Source: Pseudomonadota bacterium
GTDB taxonomy: Bacteria > Pseudomonadota > Alphaproteobacteria > Acetobacterales > Acetobacteraceae
Length of the DNA: 64,000 nucleotides
Reading direction: 5' to 3'
Assembly (NCBI GenBank): GCA_021826225.1
Contig: JAKBAV010000003.1
Coordinates: 1,561-65,560 of the forward strand
The notes under the pieces were generated by a model. It searched no databases and was not told where the DNA came from. It saw only the letters and a list, made by a program, of their open reading frames with translations. Positions 57,133 through 64,000 of the stretch are shown here, piece by piece. The number at the start of each line of letters is the position of its first letter. Position 1 is the first letter of the stretch. The position numbers and the translations under genes were made by a program.

Positions 57133-58332
57133 TTGGTCGAGTGGGCGGGGCCGTTGGCGGGGGTACGGGTTTTGGATTTCACGCGCGTGCTGGCAGGGCC
57201 GGCGGCGGCGCTGGCCCTGGCGGATCTCGGTGCCGAAGTGTGGAAGCTGGAGCCGCCGGGTACGGGTGACGATACGCGGCTGTTTCCGCCGTTCCGTGAG
57301 GGCGAAAGCCATTATTTTCTCGCCATCAACCGTGGCAAGAAGAGCATCGTGGTCGACCTCAAAACCCCCGAAGGTGTCGCCCTGGTGCGCGATCTCGCGG
57401 CGAAATGCGACGTGTTGATCGAGAATTACCGGCCCGGCGTCATGGATCGTCTGGGCCTGGGCTATGAGGCGCTTTCGGCCATCAACCCGCGCCTCATCTA
57501 TTGCGCCATTTCCGGCTACGGCATGACCGGCCCGCTGCGCGACAATCCCTCGTTCGACATTGTGCTGCAGGCCATGTCCGGCGCTCTCAGCGTCAATGGC
57601 GAGGCCGGCCGCCCCCCGACCAAACTCGGCATCCCGCTGGGTGACCTCGTTGGCGGCGTCAACGGCCCCATGGCCATTCTCGCCGCTTTATATGAGCGCA
57701 ACACCACCGGGCGCGGCCGGCTCATCGATGTCAGCCTCATGGATGGCATGATCAACATGCTCGCCTATTTGCCGCAGCTTGCCTGGTTCACCGGAAAAGA
57801 CCCGCTGCCCCAGGGCGCCCAGCACCCCAACCTCGTGCCCTACGGCATTTTCCCGGCGCTGGACGGCAACATCATCGTCGCCTGCCTCACCAACGGGTTC
57901 TGGAAGCGCATCTGCGAAGCTCTCGGCCGTGCCGATCTGGTCAACGACCCGCGCTTCGATGTCATCGAGAAGCGCCGCGACAACCGTGCCCAGGTGAATG
58001 AGATGATCTCGGCCTTCACCAGCCAGCGCCATGTCGCCGTGCTGGTTGAGCTGTTTTCGAAATATGAGGTGCCGCACGCCCCGATTCTCGGCATTCTCGA
58101 AGCGCTCTCGCAGCCCCAGGCCGTGGCGCGCGGGATGGTGGTCGAAACCGAGCATCAGAGCCTGGGCAAAATTCCCATCACCAGCCGGCCGATCAAATTC
58201 CCCGGCGCGCCGCAGCCCGTACCGACGGCCCCGCCGGTGCTGGGCCAGCACACGGATGAAATCCTGCGCGAGGGCCTGGGCCTCACCCAGAGCCAAATCG
58301 ATGGTCTGCGCGCGCTCAGGATCGTCTCCTGA
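57133..58332 (+). CDS. CaiB/BaiF family III CoA-transferase
   Basis: PLAGVRVLDFTRVLAGP, GDDTR, NRGKKS, ENYRPG, ISGYG-x-TGP, PVLGQHT; TTG start with AGGAG. Confidence 0.93.
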   Translation: MVEWAGPLAGVRVLDFTRVLAGPAAALALADLGAEVWKLEPPGTGDDTRLFPPFREGESHYFLAINRGKKSIVVDLKTPEGVALVRDLAAKCDVLIENYRPGVMDRLGLGYEALSAINPRLIYCAISGYGMTGPLRDNPSFDIVLQAMSGALSVNGEAGRPPTKLGIPLGDLVGGVNGPMAILAALYERNTTGRGRLIDVSLMDGMINMLAYLPQLAWFTGKDPLPQGAQHPNLVPYGIFPALDGNIIVACLTNGFWKRICEALGRADLVNDPRFDVIEKRRDNRAQVNEMISAFTSQRHVAVLVELFSKYEVPHAPILGILEALSQPQAVARGMVVETEHQSLGKIPITSRPIKFPGAPQPVPTAPPVLGQHTDEILREGLGLTQSQIDGLRALRIVS

Positions 58333-58347
58333 GCGCGCGCGGCCAGC

Positions 58348-59529
58348 TCACCCCTCAAACGGCACATGCACCCAGCCGCTCATCAGCACGCGGGCGCTGC
58401 GGCTCATTATGGCCTTGGAAACCTCCCAGTCGCCATTGACCAGCTTCGCCTTGGAGCCGACGCGCAGCGTGCCCGAGGGATGCCCGAAGCACACCGCCTC
58501 GCGCTCAGCCCCGCCGGCTGCCAAATTGACCAGCGTGCCGGTAATCGCGGCGGCGGTGGCGATGGCGACCGATGCCGTGCCCATCATGGCGTGGTGCAGC
58601 TTGCCCATGGACATGGCGCGCACCAGCACATCGATATCACCCGCGCCGATGGCCTTGCCGCTGGAAGCGGTATACGCCTTGGGCGGGGCGACCCAGGCAA
58701 TTTTGGGCGTGTGCTGGCGCGAGGCGGCTTCCGCCACATCCTTGATCAGCCCCATCTTGAGCGCGCCGTAAGCGCGGATGGTCTCCAGCTTCTTCAGCGC
58801 GGCGGTATCGTTGTTGATGTCGTCCTGCAATTCGGTGCCGGTATAGCCCAGCTCCGCGGCGTTCAGGAAAATCGTGGGGATGCCGGAATTGATCATCGTC
58901 GCCCGATAAGTGCCAACACCCGGCACTTCCAGATCATCCACCACATTGCCGGTGGGGAAGAGCGCGCCGCCATCGCCTTCCTCGGCCGGGTCCATGAATT
59001 CCAGCACCAATTCGGCGGCCGGGAAGGTCACGCCGTCCAGCTCGAAATCGCCGGTTTCCTGCACCTCGCCATTGCTCATGGGCACATGGGCGATGATGGT
59101 CTTGCCGATATTGGCCTGCCAGACGCGCACCACGGCCACGCCGTTCTGCGGCACGCGGGCCGCATCCACCAGGCCCTTGGTTATGGCGAAGGCGCCAACC
59201 GCGGCGGAGAGATTGCCGCAATTGCCGCTCCAATCCACGAACGCCTTATCGATGGCGACCTGGCCGAACAGGTAATCCACATCATGGTCCGGCCTGGTGC
59301 TGCGGGCCAGCAGCACGGTCTTGCTGGTGCTGGAGGTCGCCGCCCCCATGCCGTCAATCTGCTTGCCGTAAGGGTCGGGACTGCCGATCACCCGCAGCAG
59401 CAGCCTGTCACGCGCCGGGCCGGGCACGCGGGCGGCTTCGGGCAGCTCCTCCACCGCGAAGAAGACGCCCTTGGAGGTGCCGCCACGCATATACGTGGCG
59501 GGAATTTTGATCTGCGATGTGAAGCTCAT
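58348..59529 (-). CDS. prpF: 2-methylaconitate cis-trans isomerase
   Basis: YMRGGTSKG, GSPDPYGKQIDGMG, SGNCGNL, SMGKLHHAMMGT, SRSARVLMSG. Confidence 0.95.
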   Translation of the reverse strand: MSFTSQIKIPATYMRGGTSKGVFFAVEELPEAARVPGPARDRLLLRVIGSPDPYGKQIDGMGAATSSTSKTVLLARSTRPDHDVDYLFGQVAIDKAFVDWSGNCGNLSAAVGAFAITKGLVDAARVPQNGVAVVRVWQANIGKTIIAHVPMSNGEVQETGDFELDGVTFPAAELVLEFMDPAEEGDGGALFPTGNVVDDLEVPGVGTYRATMINSGIPTIFLNAAELGYTGTELQDDINNDTAALKKLETIRAYGALKMGLIKDVAEAASRQHTPKIAWVAPPKAYTASSGKAIGAGDIDVLVRAMSMGKLHHAMMGTASVAIATAAAITGTLVNLAAGGAEREAVCFGHPSGTLRVGSKAKLVNGDWEVSKAIMSRSARVLMSGWVHVPFEG

Positions 59530-59543
59530 GTTCCGCGCCCCCC

Positions 59544-62141
<2,598 letters not shown>

Positions 62142-62164
62142 GGCGTGGTTCCTCAAGAAAATCT

Positions 62165-62221
62165 GACGTTACGAAAGCGGACGTTACGAAAGCGGACGTT
62201 ACGAAAGCGGGCGTTACGAAA
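62165..62221. repeat. 15-bp tandem repeat, about 3.8 copies, containing the gntR stop codon
   Basis: GACGTTACGAAAGCG x3 plus GGCGTTACGAAA. Confidence 0.97.
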
Positions 62222-62918
62222 TTTGGGCTTCGATATTGAGCCGCGAGGTGCGGATATGGCGGCGCATCAGCAGCTCCGCCAATTCGCCGTCACCCTCGGC
62301 AATGGCATCGAGTATGCGATGATGCTCGGCAAAAGCCTGTACCGGGCGGTGCGGCGTCGCCGAATACTGGATGCGGTACATGCGGGCGAGCTGGTACAAC
62401 TCATCGCAGAGCAGGCGGATCAGCATCCCGTTGCCGCTGCCCTGGACGATGCGGTAGTGAAAATCGTAATCGCCTTCCTGCAGGTAATAGCCGCTCCCGG
62501 CCTGGAACGCCTCGTCGCGCTCATGCGCGCGCAGCACCTCGCGCAGCGCCTCGACCTCGCCGGGCGTCATGCGCGCGGCGGCCAGGCGGCAGGCCAGCCC
62601 CTCCAGCGCTTCGCGGATCTGGTAAAGCTCGCTCAGCTCGTCGCGGTTGAGCGCGACGACCCGGGCCCCGGCATGCGGCACCCGCACCAGCAGCTTCTGG
62701 CCCTCCAGCCGGTGCAGCGCCTCGCGCAACGGGCCCCGGCTTATGCCATAGGCGCGCGCCAGCTCAGGCTCGGAAATTTTACTCCCCGGCGCGATCTCGC
62801 CCTTCACAATGGCCGACTGGATCAGCCGCAATACATTATCCGCCAGCGTCTCGCCCGCGCTGCAGGCGGGCAAAACCTTGGTTTTCGGAGTTGTGTCTAC
62901 AATCTCATGCAATTTCAT
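62214..62918 (-). CDS. GntR/FCD regulator of the type found before prp operons
   Basis: ISEPELA...ISRGPLREAL...PHAGARV HTH; FCD motifs DFHYRI and EHHRILDAI; upstream of acnD. Confidence 0.92.
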   Translation of the reverse strand: MKLHEIVDTTPKTKVLPACSAGETLADNVLRLIQSAIVKGEIAPGSKISEPELARAYGISRGPLREALHRLEGQKLLVRVPHAGARVVALNRDELSELYQIREALEGLACRLAAARMTPGEVEALREVLRAHERDEAFQAGSGYYLQEGDYDFHYRIVQGSGNGMLIRLLCDELYQLARMYRIQYSATPHRPVQAFAEHHRILDAIAEGDGELAELLMRRHIRTSRLNIEAQIS

Positions 62919-62966
62919 GGCGGGCCGACAAAATTATCGGCCCAGCCGCACCAATTGTCAACAATT
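62894..62966. promoter_or_regulatory. Two putative GntR operator palindromes
   Basis: AATTGTCAACAATT (62953-62966) and TGTCTACAAT (62894-62903) fit the TTGT-N2-ACAA type of site. Confidence 0.55.
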
Positions 62967-62989
62967 ACCCGCCCGCGCTGGGCAGGGCG

Positions 62990-63976
<987 letters not shown>

Positions 63977-64000
63977 CTAAACCAACAAAAGTTTTTGCGC

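Noticed and set aside
62165-62221. Possible mini-CRISPR arrays (also 42153-42200 and 24115-24162)
   Set aside because: Head-to-tail repeats of 15-16 bp with no spacers, and no cas genes in the window.

Overview
A 64-kb, high-GC (roughly two-thirds G+C by eye) chromosomal window from an alphaproteobacterium. Gene content and a palindromic repeat suggest an acidophilic Acetobacteraceae member such as Acidocella or Acidiphilium (inference). In order it holds: purB with small neighbours; a yybP-ykoY (Mn2+) riboswitch in front of a CaCA-family antiporter; an islet with a PilZ protein, a two-component system and a TolC/MFP/RND pump; a complete five-step hut (histidine) pathway; aspA; a sigma54-driven NitT/TauT ABC transporter; an NtaA/DmoA-type monooxygenase; the guanidine carboxylase pathway (cgdA-cgdB-carboxylase-atzF); a sulfur module (persulfide dioxygenase, TauE, Tat-exported Tsd-like protein, ModA-like binder, DoxDA, with divergent peroxiredoxin and ArsR); a group IV ornithine decarboxylase with a long structured leader; housekeeping genes (dnaQ, coaE, aroE, argD, argF, degP-like, mrp, holC); catabolic genes; and gntR-acnD-prpF. 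I saw no tRNA, rRNA, CRISPR array, integrase or transposase. The best leads for something undescribed are: (1) a 16-codon leader peptide (MSHIRF...) whose stop codon abuts a terminator upstream of the ornithine decarboxylase; (2) a non-canonical, guanidine-II-like switch upstream of the guanidine carboxylase operon; (3) a C-N-cleaving-type monooxygenase embedded in the guanidine cluster; (4) a compact persulfide-to-tetrathionate module with an atypical ArsR; (5) recurring 11-31-bp tandem duplications at gene boundaries. All protein calls rest on motif recognition by eye; no database search was run.
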